Position numbers and translations under genes: made by a program. Source: Clostridiaceae bacterium (GTDB lineage Bacteria > Bacillota > Clostridia > DUPQ01). From it: DNA of 64,000 nucleotides. Below are positions 38,407 through 49,108 of this stretch, piece after piece (position 1 is the stretch's first letter; each line of letters begins with the position of its first letter). The notes below the pieces were generated by a model. It did not search any database, was not told the DNA's origin, and saw nothing but the letters and a program-made list of their open reading frames with translations. The stretch is taken from positions 33,653 through 97,652 of the forward strand of contig DUPQ01000071.1 of the NCBI GenBank assembly GCA_012838235.1, in the 5' to 3' direction.

Positions 38407-39471
38407 ATGCAAAAAGCAAAAACGTATTACAAAGGCTTAAAGCCGTACACCAATTTAGACGACAAGGATTTGATATATCTGGATATAAGAAACAAACCTT
38501 TTGATATATACGGGTTGTATGACCCCTTAAATCAACCGGTATTCAAAAGAATGCCCGATGAGGTGGCTGCTAAGTCTAATTCGAGAGTGCGTATACACTA
38601 TTTACATACCTCCGGAGGAAGAATACGTTTTTGTACCGACTCCGATTATCTTTGCATACAGGTCTTCTTTCCCGAATTATTCAGGATGACCAATATGTCT
38701 TTGCAAGCCGCCTCGGGATTTGATATCTATGAAGATTTTGACAACAGAAGTGTTTTTTTCAGCAGATTTAATCCCGAAGTGAACACTAAAGACTGGTATG
38801 AGATGAGAATAAGATTCAGTGAGCATAAACTGCGATACTTTACTCTGTATTTTCCTTTATACAATAATGTGGATAAGGTATATATAGGGGTTTCGGAAAA
38901 TTCTCTCTTAGGTCCCGGAAAGCAATATAAACACAAGAAGCCTGTTGTGTATTACGGTTCCTCTATCACACAGGGCGGTTGTGCTTCAAGAGCGGGCAAT
39001 TGCTATGAAGCCGTCATATCCAGAATGTGCGATGTCGACTATATAAACTTAGGCTTCTCCGGTGCAGCTGAGGGAGAACAGGCAATAGCGGAATATATAG
39101 CAAGCCTGGATATGAGCGTATTTGTTCTGGATTATGACCATAATGCTCCGAAGATTGAGCATTTACAAAAAACACATCAACCGTTTTTTAACACTGTAAG
39201 AGCTAAGAATCCCGACCTTCCGGTAATATTTGTTTCCAAACCCGACTTTTCCGATTACTCATTTGACAGCATACAGAGAAGGAATATAATCTTTAAGACA
39301 TATATGAGTGCAATGGAAAACGGCGACAGAAATGTGTATTTTATAGACGGAAGAAGTTTTTTCGCAAGAGATTACAGGGACAGTTGTACGGTAGACGGTT
39401 GTCACCCTAATGATATAGGTTTTTTACGTATGGCACAGGTAATAGGAAATATGGTTAAGGAGCTTTTATAA
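38407..39471 (+). CDS. SGNH/GDSL-family hydrolase
   Basis: GSSITQGG block I and DGCHPND block V of SGNH hydrolases. Confidence 0.7.
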   Translation: MQKAKTYYKGLKPYTNLDDKDLIYLDIRNKPFDIYGLYDPLNQPVFKRMPDEVAAKSNSRVRIHYLHTSGGRIRFCTDSDYLCIQVFFPELFRMTNMSLQAASGFDIYEDFDNRSVFFSRFNPEVNTKDWYEMRIRFSEHKLRYFTLYFPLYNNVDKVYIGVSENSLLGPGKQYKHKKPVVYYGSSITQGGCASRAGNCYEAVISRMCDVDYINLGFSGAAEGEQAIAEYIASLDMSVFVLDYDHNAPKIEHLQKTHQPFFNTVRAKNPDLPVIFVSKPDFSDYSFDSIQRRNIIFKTYMSAMENGDRNVYFIDGRSFFARDYRDSCTVDGCHPNDIGFLRMAQVIGNMVKELL

Positions 39472-39474
39472 CTA

Positions 39475-40818
39475 ATGGAAGCTAAAAGGAAGATAAGATT
39501 GAATACCATGCAGATTATTGCAATAGGATTTGTTGTAATAATACTAATCGGAGCGTTGCTGCTTTCTCTTCCCGCCGCTTCAAAAGACAACACAAGAATC
39601 CCCTTTATTAATGCTCTGTTTACCGCCACCTCTGCACTGTGTGTCACGGGACTTGCGACATACGATACATATACTCAGTTTACATTGTTCGGCCAGATTG
39701 TAATCTTGGTACTTATACAGACAGGCGGCCTGGGTTTCATGAGTGTAGCGGGCATGATATTTCTGATGTTGGGCAAAAAGATAGGTTTGAGAGAAAGAGG
39801 GCTTCTGATGGAGACCATGAATACCCCGCATATAGGCGGGGTTGTAAAACTCTTGCGCAGGATTATCATCACATCCTTTGCCATTGAAATGATTGCCGCC
39901 GCTTTATTATCCATCCGTTTCATACCGCTTTTGGGAACGGTAAAGGGAATATATTACGGCATATTCCATGCCATATCCGCATTTTGTAATGCCGGATTTG
40001 ATCTTATGGGCGTATTCGATTCAAGGAGTTCATTAATAGGTTTTGAAGCCGATGTGCTTGTCAATGTGGTTGCAATACTGTTGATGTTGATAGGCGGTCT
40101 CGGATTTATAGTGTGGGATGATATTATGGATAACAAATTGAAGTTTTCCAAATACAGACTGCATACAAAGATAGTGCTTATCGGTACCGCGGTGCTGGTA
40201 GTATTTCCCGCAATATTCTTCTTCTTTTTGGAAAGCAATAATACCTTAGCAGGCATGACTTTCGGAGAAAAGGTTTTGGCATCGGTATTTCAGGTAGTTT
40301 CTCCCAGAACCGCAGGCTTCAATACAGTGGAAATATCCGAACTTTCGGAAGGATCTTTACTGTTGACCATTCTTCTGATGATTATAGGTGCCAATCCCGG
40401 TTCCACCGGAGGCGGTATAAAGATAACCACGGTATTTGTTATCATACTTACCATAAAAGCATATATAACCCACGAGCCGGATTTGAATGTGGGAGGGAAA
40501 AGACTGGAAGACTTTATCCCGAGAAAAGCTTTCAGTATAGCCTCCATATATGTAATACTTGCCTCTTTGGCATGCTTTTTTATTGTGTCGATACAGCCTT
40601 TTACCCTTGAAGACACTATGTTTGAGACTGTTTCGGCAATAAGTACGGTGGGACTGACAACGGGTATTACCCCGGAATTGAACATATTATCAAAAATTGC
40701 GGTTATAATATTAATGTACTGCGGCAGGGTGGGAAGCCTGACCGTTATAGCGGCTTTGGCCGGTGATAAACCCAGGCCGAATATAAGGCAGATGGAAGAA
40801 AGGATAATAATAGGTTAG
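39475..40818 (+). CDS. trkH: TrkH/KtrB-family potassium transporter membrane subunit
   Basis: Repeated M-P-M pore modules with GLGF/TGGG selectivity-filter-like glycine motifs. Confidence 0.85.
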   Translation: MEAKRKIRLNTMQIIAIGFVVIILIGALLLSLPAASKDNTRIPFINALFTATSALCVTGLATYDTYTQFTLFGQIVILVLIQTGGLGFMSVAGMIFLMLGKKIGLRERGLLMETMNTPHIGGVVKLLRRIIITSFAIEMIAAALLSIRFIPLLGTVKGIYYGIFHAISAFCNAGFDLMGVFDSRSSLIGFEADVLVNVVAILLMLIGGLGFIVWDDIMDNKLKFSKYRLHTKIVLIGTAVLVVFPAIFFFFLESNNTLAGMTFGEKVLASVFQVVSPRTAGFNTVEISELSEGSLLLTILLMIIGANPGSTGGGIKITTVFVIILTIKAYITHEPDLNVGGKRLEDFIPRKAFSIASIYVILASLACFFIVSIQPFTLEDTMFETVSAISTVGLTTGITPELNILSKIAVIILMYCGRVGSLTVIAALAGDKPRPNIRQMEERIIIG

Positions 40819-40825
40819 GAGTAAA

Positions 40826-41470
40826 ATGAAATCGGTTTTAATAATAGGAACAGGAAAATTCGGTAAATGCTTAGCTTTGAAAATGGCGGAGCTGGGAAAC
40901 GAAGTAATGGTAGTGGATAAAGATGAAAATGAATTAAAAGAGATTTCCGAGCATGTTACCTCCGCATTGGTAGCGGATTGCATGGATGAGAATGTGTTAA
41001 AATCATTCGGGATAAATAACTTTGATATTTGTTTTGTATGCATAGGGGAGAATTTCCAGTCTTCTTTGGAAATAACATCATTACTAAAGGATAACGGAGC
41101 TAAATATGTGGTATCCAAAGCCGAAAGGGATATTCATGCAAAATTTCTTTTAAGAAACGGAGCCGACGAGATTATCTTTCCGGAAAAGGATATGGCAAAC
41201 AGGGCGGCATACAGGTTCAGTGCAAATCACATGTTTGACTATATACAACTTTCACCCGATTATGCGGTATCGGAGATAAAAACACCCGAGCAGTGGATAG
41301 GAAAGACAATATCCCATGTTAATGTAAGAATGAACTTTAACGTCAATGTGCTTGCATACAAAGAGGACGGTAAAATACATCCTCTTTCCAACCCCAACTA
41401 TATCTTCAAAGAGCATACCCGGCTTATAGTATCCGGTGCGTGGAAAGATGTTGAGAAGATAAGTAAGTAG
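40826..41470 (+). CDS. trkA: TrkA/KtrA potassium uptake regulatory subunit (RCK_N + RCK_C)
   Basis: IIGTGKFGKCLALKMAELGNEVMVVDKDEN Rossmann motif. C-terminal TrkA-C domain. Confidence 0.85.
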   Translation: MKSVLIIGTGKFGKCLALKMAELGNEVMVVDKDENELKEISEHVTSALVADCMDENVLKSFGINNFDICFVCIGENFQSSLEITSLLKDNGAKYVVSKAERDIHAKFLLRNGADEIIFPEKDMANRAAYRFSANHMFDYIQLSPDYAVSEIKTPEQWIGKTISHVNVRMNFNVNVLAYKEDGKIHPLSNPNYIFKEHTRLIVSGAWKDVEKISK

Positions 41471-41799
41471 GATTTGCGGTACGAAGCTATGAGTGAGGGC
41501 ACTGCATCTAATATTTTCATATCTGTAGTAAAGTATCAAGGTACGACTCCGTGTCACGACTCCGTTGACAAATGAAACGTAATATGCCATACTCGTAAGG
41601 CAGAAACGGAGAGGTATTAAATGGCTAATTATAGAAGGGATTTCTATTCAGTACCAAATGCGGGTAGAAGTGTTTATTATGAGGCTATAGAAATACATCA
41701 TGACGATATATTTATGCGGATTCATTAACAAGTTTTAACAATTACTCATATCTTAACGAATCCATAACCCAATCACAAATCCAATATGCCATAGATGGA

Positions 41800-42195
41800 G
41801 TGAATTTATACATGGGACAAAATTTGTCAGAAACACAATATAACGATTTAGTTGCAGACGAAGCAAATGGAGTCCATCTTTCAATAACTCACAGAAGTGC
41901 AATATTCAAACTCAATAATGCATATGAAGATATTGTATTGCTTTCGGTATTCAGTACCAACTCGGATTTGTCACCGATAACATCCGGACTGAGTCTTTAT
42001 GAGCTTAGAGCAATGATTAAAAATATTTGGGGTACTCAAATTTCTCATGGGATTTCGGTAGACGGCGGAGATTCAACGCAGATAGTGACCAAAGAAAATA
42101 ATGTTAGGAAATGTATCAGAACAGGCGACTGGCAGAGTAACCCCGGAGTATATCAGCCAAGAAATGTATATACGATGATTTGCGCTCAAGTATGA
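41800..42195 (+). CDS. Hypothetical protein (GTG start)
   Basis: 131-aa ORF with no recognisable domain. Lies in a segment flanked by shared short repeats and a transposase remnant. Confidence 0.35.
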   Translation: MNLYMGQNLSETQYNDLVADEANGVHLSITHRSAIFKLNNAYEDIVLLSVFSTNSDLSPITSGLSLYELRAMIKNIWGTQISHGISVDGGDSTQIVTKENNVRKCIRTGDWQSNPGVYQPRNVYTMICAQV

Positions 42196-42216
42196 AAAGG
42201 AAAGGAAACAAATGAC

Positions 42217-43569
42217 ATGAAAAAAAGCATGGCGGTATTGCTGATTTTAATAGTTTTGTCGCTCACGGCCTGCAATATCGGAAGCAAACCTGCAAAAGAG
42301 TGTAGGGAAGGATCCTTTATTTACATCGTAAAAGACAATGAAGTGACAATCATAAAATATGACGGCACGGAAGAAACAGTGATAATACCTGACAGAATTT
42401 CCAATAAGCCTGTAGCATGTATCAAAGACAAGGCTTTTTCCGCATGTTCGCACGTAAAAGAAGTATTCATACCAGAGAGCGTAAAGAGCGTAGGAGTCGG
42501 TGCCTTTGATGATACTGAATGGTACAAGAGTCTCAAGGATGAATTTGTTGTCGCAGGCGACGGGGTACTGATTAAATGTAATCAGACCAGTAAAGATATA
42601 GTGATACCGGAAGGCGTGAAAAGTCTTTCTTCAACATTTTACAAGGCAGGGGACGGAGGTTTCTTCGATGCCGTCATATACCTGCCCGCCACATTGAAAA
42701 AGATAGATGATTACGCATTCTATAAAGCGTTCGGACATATCATTGTATGTAATACGGAGCAGATAGAGGAGATAGGTCAAAGTGCGTTTGAAGACAGCAC
42801 CGTAGACCGTATCATAATATCCGATAAACTGAAAAGCATCAAGGACAGGGCTTTCGCAACAACCGATAAAACGGTAAAACGTTCAATGACGATTGAAATG
42901 ACAGGCGGCGGATATTATGTTGGTACGCAAAAAAAGGTTAAACTTCCGTTTGCAACATCATTGGGAAAAGATATTTTTTATGGACTCGACGGCAACATGG
43001 AAACAGTTAAATTCGAAGACGGGACCACTGCGATAACCAAAGACATGCTGACCTGTTTGCAGTCGTTTGCAAAATTCTTCATTCCAGGGGAAGTGACATG
43101 TATCGAAAAGGACATATTCCCCGAAGGAGCGATAATATATACCGAAGCCGGAAGCGCCGCTGAAAAATATGCTAAAGATAATTCTGTCAAAGTACTCATT
43201 TTGCCGGAGAGTTTTAAGGACAGGGCATTGGAAAAACTGCTTATTCCGGCTTTTCTTTCGGCCAATCTTGAGTTTACATATGACAATATGCAGATAATTA
43301 CGTCGATTCAGATTCGCGACCAAGTGGAGGGCAATGTTTATGATCATTACCGTGTCTATGTGATAGTGCAAGCTGCAACCGGCGCCAAAGGCATAGAACA
43401 CATACTGAAGCAAGATAATGTAAAGAGTCTTGAGGATCTTAAGTTTTTCACCAAACTGGAATATTTGTTACTCGAATCCGCGATTATCGACGGGTCCGTC
43501 GATTGTGCCGTTCTGAAAAGTATGCCCGCTCTTAAAGAAGCGGTGGTGAATAACGAATCATTAAAATAA
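42217..43569 (+). CDS. Lipoprotein with BspA-type leucine-rich repeats
   Basis: Lipobox LSLTAC. Repeated '..IPE.VKSIG..AF..' units are characteristic of the BspA-like LRR_5 family. Confidence 0.65.
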   Translation: MKKSMAVLLILIVLSLTACNIGSKPAKECREGSFIYIVKDNEVTIIKYDGTEETVIIPDRISNKPVACIKDKAFSACSHVKEVFIPESVKSVGVGAFDDTEWYKSLKDEFVVAGDGVLIKCNQTSKDIVIPEGVKSLSSTFYKAGDGGFFDAVIYLPATLKKIDDYAFYKAFGHIIVCNTEQIEEIGQSAFEDSTVDRIIISDKLKSIKDRAFATTDKTVKRSMTIEMTGGGYYVGTQKKVKLPFATSLGKDIFYGLDGNMETVKFEDGTTAITKDMLTCLQSFAKFFIPGEVTCIEKDIFPEGAIIYTEAGSAAEKYAKDNSVKVLILPESFKDRALEKLLIPAFLSANLEFTYDNMQIITSIQIRDQVEGNVYDHYRVYVIVQAATGAKGIEHILKQDNVKSLEDLKFFTKLEYLLLESAIIDGSVDCAVLKSMPALKEAVVNNESLK

Positions 43570-43904
43570 TGATTGCGGAAGGCGATTGCCGAAGCAGTTA
43601 TAAAAGCAGTCTGTTTTTAGGATGAAAAAGAGAAATATATGTAAAGAGCAGTCGTCCTCTGTCTTTTTATGCGCATAAAAGCATAATAAACATTGCCCGG
43701 CGGGATAAGGACGATACGCGGCACCTTGAGTTTCCGTAAAATGCAATCGAAACCGAATAATTGACCGGTTTTTGAGGTAGCTTTAAGACTATAGAGGAAA
43801 GATTAGTAAAATTGCATATAAAAGTCTCTAAAACCGGAGTTTTGCGTATGAAAATCAGTTCCCACTATGTCGGAACTTTTCATGAGTATTCAATTTTGTA
43901 TAGC

Positions 43905-44250
43905 TCAGGATAAAAAACTGAAGGCTAATTGTCTGTACTTTTGACGCTTAATTTTGAACCACCCTTTTACACCCATACGTGCATAAGAGAGTATTTTCAA
44001 ATTACCTTTGGCTATACGGTAATAGTAAAATTGCATCTTCTGCTTAAGTGGTGCTGCTCTAGATAATATCTCAATCTTTAGTGAGCTGTGTACACTCTTC
44101 ATGGACATTAAAGCAAGGAAAGTCATGTAGGCTGTTATCATAAAAGTCAAAGACCTAATTGACACCATACTTCTCACTCTGAACTTTTCAAAGCCGAATA
44201 TCTGCTTCTTGGAACGGAAGTATTCCTCATTTTCAATAGAAAATACAGAT
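43905..44250 (-). pseudogene. Transposase C-terminal remnant (IS1182/IS5-like, decayed)
   Basis: Minus-strand frame reads ...YFRSKKQIFGFEKFRVRS...AYMTF, loosely matching the RSK..FG.LK...R..RG...AYNL C-terminal signature of DDE transposases. No intact upstream DDE domain. Confidence 0.3.
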
Positions 44251-44440
44251 GTTTAAATCGATAGGTGAAAAAGTACGGAAACTCAAGGTACGACTCAAGA
44301 TGCGACACTCAAGGTAGTCTCTCATGGTACGCCTCCGTAGTAAAGTATAGTTGGCAAAAATAACAAATAATGCTATCATAATGTAGCATAGTAAACACTT
44401 TAGAACAAAAAATTTTTTACCAAGAATTGGAGTTTGAGAG

Positions 44441-46074
44441 ATGAGAAAAAGAAATTTATTTTTATTTACATTCATTTTTATTACCGTAATGATTTTAACT
44501 TCATGTACTAAAACACATGAAGAAACACCGAAACCCGTTATTACGGTTTTACCTGACGAAACACCGAATGTTATAGATATATCCGATAAAACGGGGTTTG
44601 ATTTCAAAATATATTATGACGGGAAAGATGAGTTAGCTAACTTTACAAATTTGTGTTTTGAATATGACGGCAAAAAGACGGAAGTAATTGAAAACATAAA
44701 ATTAAGTGAAAAAGGTATACCTGTCGTAATAAAAGAAGATATTGATTTTGACGGTAAATATGAACTTATAATTTATTTACAGGAAAAAACGGAGATGTAC
44801 TACATACAAGGAAAAAATATGTTTTTTAGACTATGACAGTAAAAAAGAATTATCGATAGAGCAAATAAATCAAAGATTAAGCGAAGACGGAAAGTTGGAA
44901 ATAAAAACTTGTCTGGAAAAAAACGCATTTGAAAATGAAAATATTGTTTTGTCTTATCTGAAGAGAAAAAAAGAAGTACCGGAAGTTAATATAGAGGACA
45001 ATAGAGCATTTAGACTTGTTGAAGATATATCAAAAAAAGGCGGTAATATTACAGTAGAGATATATGAAGATATAATTGTTAAGAAAATAAATTATACCGA
45101 TAATTTATCGTTAACCGTATGTGAAGCAAAAAAAGAGTTTGTCAAAAACAATTCGGAATTGATTAGAATAACTAAAAATAATAAAGGTATGTTCATAAAT
45201 ACCAAGGGCTCATATATCTTGGATTACAAGGATGTAAATGAAGATAATGTTGAAGATATCATATTAATAAACGGTACAAACGGAAAAATTTCAAAAGATA
45301 ATGTATATTACTTAAACGGTGCAAATCTTGAAAAACAGGATGTTTATGTATGTGAAACAATGCATAAAACACCGGACGAATATCCTATGCAACTGATACA
45401 CTCAATCCGGGGATAATCGGAGCTGATGCTAAGCGAATATATTCAGCATTAAGAAATAACGAAGTATTTTATCTTAATACCCATATGTTGTCGGGGCCGG
45501 CAGTAGTCTGTGTTGTAAAAGATTTTAATGCTGACGGATATAATGAAATTTTGCTGAGACCTGATCCAATCACAACATATGGAGAAACAAGACAGATTGG
45601 TTTATATAACGAAAAGGACTTTAAAGAAATTCCCTTTTCTTCAGAATCGGTTTTCGATGTTATAGCCGATACAATAGAGTATAACGCTGAATATTCAGAA
45701 AAAAAACAAGCATGTTTTGTTACTGTAAAGGATAAGAATAACAACGGGCAAATTGTAATAAAGATTTCTTCCGATAAGGTTAAACCTGATTTCAATATTT
45801 TTTATAGCGAATGGCTGACCTGCGATATTGTGAATAACGGTATCACGGAAGAACCGTGGCTTTGTTTATTTGTTTAAGTGAAAAAGAGCCGACTGAAAAA
45901 GGAATGTCTCTTACAATATTAAGTGTTAAAGTGATATATGAAATGAAAAACGGTGAATTTACTGTAAAGGATATAGAATATACGGTCTCAGACGGTTATT
46001 TGAATTTCCCTTACTTTTCTGATAAGTATAAATTTGAAATAGTGGAAAATACTATCAGATATTCTAAACCTTAA
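44441..46074 (+). pseudogene. Chain of four co-directional ORFs (frames 2,0,2,1) beginning with a lipoprotein signal peptide: probable frameshifted repeat-domain lipoprotein, or four small genes
   Basis: ORF1 carries lipobox LTSC. Open frames overlap at each junction (44772-44836, 45398-45416, 45838-45877). A D-x-D-G-x-YEL-like motif recurs across fragments (DIDFDGKYELIIY; FNADGYNEILL). A T6 run lies at the first junction. Confidence 0.4.
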
Positions 46075-46297
46075 GAAAGCAGGTACCCGGTAGTGGATAC
46101 AAAGGAACAAACAAAGAATATTTTACCGGATATGCGGATATTTTAGAAGGACGTACTAAACAGGCAAGTAAGGTATTTACGGATATTCGTAAGGCATATA
46201 ATCTATAATTTTTTTGTATGTATATCTCAGTTCAGGCTTTTTTAATTCAGATATTTGATAAAAACTAATGCAAACCGTGTTGAAAAAATAACATCGG

Positions 46298-46316
46298 CAT
46301 GTTAGAATCTAACATG
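46298..46316. promoter_or_regulatory. Perfect 19-bp palindrome CATGTTAGAaTCTAACATG, candidate operator upstream of the E2-E3-E1 operon
   Basis: 9-nt arms are perfectly complementary around a single centre base, 38 nt upstream of the E2 start codon. Confidence 0.5.
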
Positions 46317-46353
46317 GTGCAATTCTTGTATTTAAACGAATGGAGGAGTATAA

Positions 46354-47673
46354 ATGGCAACAGCAGTTATTATGCCGAGACAGGGAAATACCGTAGAATC
46401 CTGCGTGGTTTCCAAGTGGCACAAGAAAAAAGGCGATAAGGTAAATATCGGCGATATTTTGTTTACCTATGAAACGGATAAGGCTACTTTTGATGAAGAA
46501 GCAAAAGTGGAAGGAATACTTTTAGAAACATATTTTGAAGAGGGCGACGATGTCACATGCCTTTTGAATATGTGCGTTATAGGGGAACCGGGGGAAGATG
46601 TATCTTCATTTGCTCCGGGCGGTGAACAGCCGGTTGAGCAATCGGTGGAAAAGCCTGAAGAAGAAGTTAAGGTTGAGAAGGAAAGTGTCCGGGTACAGAC
46701 AACGGTTACCGACCAACTTAAGATATCTCCCAGAGCCAGAGCGTTAGCAGAGAAGACCCATGTGGATGTATCATATGCTACCGCAACCGGTCCCGACGGC
46801 AGAGTGATAGAAAGAGACATACAGGCACTTGTAAAAGAAGGAGTGAAAGTTACTCCCGCGGCAAAGACCGGTTATGACAAGGCTGCTCAATATGATGCAA
46901 CGGGTATAGGGGGAAGAGTAACGGTGGAAGATTTAAGTAAAGGAAAAATATCTGTTTCTGCCGATGAAATAAGTACCGCCGACTATACCGAAGAGAAGTT
47001 GAGTAATATAAGGAAGGTTATTGCCAGAACAATGTATTCTTCGTTATCGGGAATGGCTCAGCTGACAATGAATGCTACTTTTGATGCCACAAGTATAATG
47101 AACTTCAGGGCTATGGTTAAGGCATACGGCGAAAGGTTAGGGCTGGCAAATATAACTTTGAATGATGTAATAGTATATGCAACAGCAAAAACATTATTAT
47201 TGCATAAGGATTTGAATGCTCATTTCAACGGAGAAACAATCAAAAGATTCAATGTTGTCAATATGGGTGTTGCTACCGATACTCCCAGGGGTCTTATGGT
47301 TCCTACATTATTCAACTGCGACAAGTTATCGCTTAATGAGATATCTGTTGCTGTAAGGGATTTGGCAGGCAAATGCAGAAGCGGCAGCATAAACCCCGAT
47401 TTATTGACAGGAGGAACCTTTACCATAAGCAATTTGGGTAATTTAGGAGTGGAAACCTTTACTCCCATAATCAATCCTCCTCAGACGGCAATTTTAGGTG
47501 TCTGCGGACTTACTACACGCATTAAGGAAGAAAACGGACAGATTAAAACTTATCAGGCAATGGGTCTGTCACTGACAATAGATCACAGAATAGTTGACGG
47601 AGCACCTGCGGCAAGATTCTTGAAAGATTTATGTAATAATCTTGAGAATTTTGAAACCATGGGAGCAAAGTAG
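46354..47673 (+). CDS. 2-oxoacid dehydrogenase complex E2 (dihydrolipoamide acyltransferase)
   Basis: N-terminal lipoyl domain with ETDKAT lipoyl-lysine motif. Ala/Pro/Glu-rich linker, a subunit-binding domain and a C-terminal catalytic domain with DHRIVDGA. Confidence 0.85.
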   Translation: MATAVIMPRQGNTVESCVVSKWHKKKGDKVNIGDILFTYETDKATFDEEAKVEGILLETYFEEGDDVTCLLNMCVIGEPGEDVSSFAPGGEQPVEQSVEKPEEEVKVEKESVRVQTTVTDQLKISPRARALAEKTHVDVSYATATGPDGRVIERDIQALVKEGVKVTPAAKTGYDKAAQYDATGIGGRVTVEDLSKGKISVSADEISTADYTEEKLSNIRKVIARTMYSSLSGMAQLTMNATFDATSIMNFRAMVKAYGERLGLANITLNDVIVYATAKTLLLHKDLNAHFNGETIKRFNVVNMGVATDTPRGLMVPTLFNCDKLSLNEISVAVRDLAGKCRSGSINPDLLTGGTFTISNLGNLGVETFTPIINPPQTAILGVCGLTTRIKEENGQIKTYQAMGLSLTIDHRIVDGAPAARFLKDLCNNLENFETMGAK

Positions 47674-47686
47674 AAAGGAAGCGGAT

Positions 47687-49054
47687 ATGAAATACGACTT
47701 AATAGTTATAGGGGGCGGTCCGGCCGGATATTTAGGTGCGGAAAGAGCTGCGGGAAAAGGGCTGAATGTACTGCTGTTTGAAAAGCGTTATCTCGGCGGA
47801 GTTTGCTTAAATGAAGGATGTGTGCCTTCCAAAGCCTTACTTCACAGTGCAAAGATATATGATTACACAAAACATTCCGATCAGTACGGAATTAAAGTGA
47901 CCGACTCCACATTGGACCAGGAGGCGGTAATTAAAAGAAAGAATAAAGTGGTCAGAACTTTGGTAGCCGGAGTAAAAGGGACTTTGAAAAGAAACAAAGT
48001 CACGGTGGTAGAAAAGGTTGCAAAGATTGAAAAGAAATCTTCTGACGGTTTTGTGGTAAGTGCCGAAGGTGAACTTTATACTGCGGACAGACTGCTTATA
48101 TGCTCCGGTTCGGAACCCATAATGCCTCCTATTCCCGGACTTCATGAAGGCTATCAAAAGGGGTTTGTACTTACCAACAGAGAGATTTTGGATCTTACGG
48201 TAATACCGGAAACTCTTGTTGTTGTAGGAGGAGGAGTTATAGGGCTGGAAATGGCTTCCTATTTCAATTCCGCGGGAAGCAAGGTTACGGTTGTGGAGAT
48301 GCTCAATAAGATAGGCGGCCCCATTGACGACGAGATATCGGATCTTTTACGTAAAGAATATGAGAAAAAAGGAATAATGTTTAATCTTGAAAGTAAAGTA
48401 ACGTCCTTTACCGACAAATCGGTCATATTCGAAAAAGAGGGAAAGAATGTGGAGATTGAGTGTGAAAAAGTGCTGATAAGCATAGGCAGAAGACCTTCCA
48501 CCAAAAACCTGGGACTGGAGAATATAGGGGTGGAGACCGATAAACGGGGCGCCGTTATTACCGACCGTTTCGGATGTACTAATGTTGCGGAAGTTTATGC
48601 CGCAGGAGATGTAAACGGCATATCCATGCTTGCGCATACCGCTTACAGAGAAGCGGAAGTATGTGTAAATAACATTACCGGTAAAAAAGACATAATGAGA
48701 TATACCGCCATACCTGCAGTAATATATACCAATCCCGAAGTGGCAATGGTCGGAGAGACCGAAGCTTCAGCCAGGCAGAAAAATATGGATTTTGAAGCGG
48801 TTACCATATCCATGAAATATTCCGGAAGGTATGTTGCGGAAAATGAAGGCGGAAACGGTATATGTAAAGCATTGAGAGAAAAAAGCACAAACAGACTTAT
48901 AGGTGTAAGCCTCATAGGCAACTATGCTTCGGAACTCATTTACGGAGCAGCCATGATGATTGAATCGCAGATGACGGTGGAAGATTTGAAGGAATTGGTA
49001 TTCCCTCATCCTACCGTATGCGAGATTATAAGGGAAGCGCTGTTTGCATTTTAA
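47687..49054 (+). CDS. lpdA: Dihydrolipoyl dehydrogenase (E3)
   Basis: GGGPAGY FAD motif, redox-active disulfide GGVCLNEGCVPSK, NAD-binding GGGVIGLE. The ATG at 47687 has a GAAAGGAAG RBS. The track start at 47642 overlaps E2. Confidence 0.9.
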   Translation: MKYDLIVIGGGPAGYLGAERAAGKGLNVLLFEKRYLGGVCLNEGCVPSKALLHSAKIYDYTKHSDQYGIKVTDSTLDQEAVIKRKNKVVRTLVAGVKGTLKRNKVTVVEKVAKIEKKSSDGFVVSAEGELYTADRLLICSGSEPIMPPIPGLHEGYQKGFVLTNREILDLTVIPETLVVVGGGVIGLEMASYFNSAGSKVTVVEMLNKIGGPIDDEISDLLRKEYEKKGIMFNLESKVTSFTDKSVIFEKEGKNVEIECEKVLISIGRRPSTKNLGLENIGVETDKRGAVITDRFGCTNVAEVYAAGDVNGISMLAHTAYREAEVCVNNITGKKDIMRYTAIPAVIYTNPEVAMVGETEASARQKNMDFEAVTISMKYSGRYVAENEGGNGICKALREKSTNRLIGVSLIGNYASELIYGAAMMIESQMTVEDLKELVFPHPTVCEIIREALFAF

Positions 49055-49108
49055 TGTATAGCAAAGTGCAGATTTAATGTGAAATACAATATAAAAGGAG
49101 ATTAAAAA

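Noticed and set aside
39400-39480. Looked for a c-di-AMP (ydaO-type) riboswitch upstream of trkH/trkA, as is common for K+ uptake genes
   Set aside because: Only a 3-nt gap separates the SGNH hydrolase stop from the trkH start, leaving no room for a leader RNA. Nothing riboswitch-like seen in 38384-38407 either.
41471-41799. Possible ncRNA or riboswitch in the 330-nt noncoding stretch after trkA, including a 35-aa ORF at 41622-41729
   Set aside because: No recognisable conserved riboswitch core or convincing terminator. The sequence is dominated by short ACTC/CGAC sub-repeats better explained as decayed mobile-DNA boundary (see finding). The small ORF has no RBS.
47642-47686. E3 (lpdA) N-terminal extension overlapping the E2 gene 3' end
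   Set aside because: ATG 47687 has a proper RBS and yields the canonical MKYDLIVIGGGPAGY FAD-binding N-terminus.
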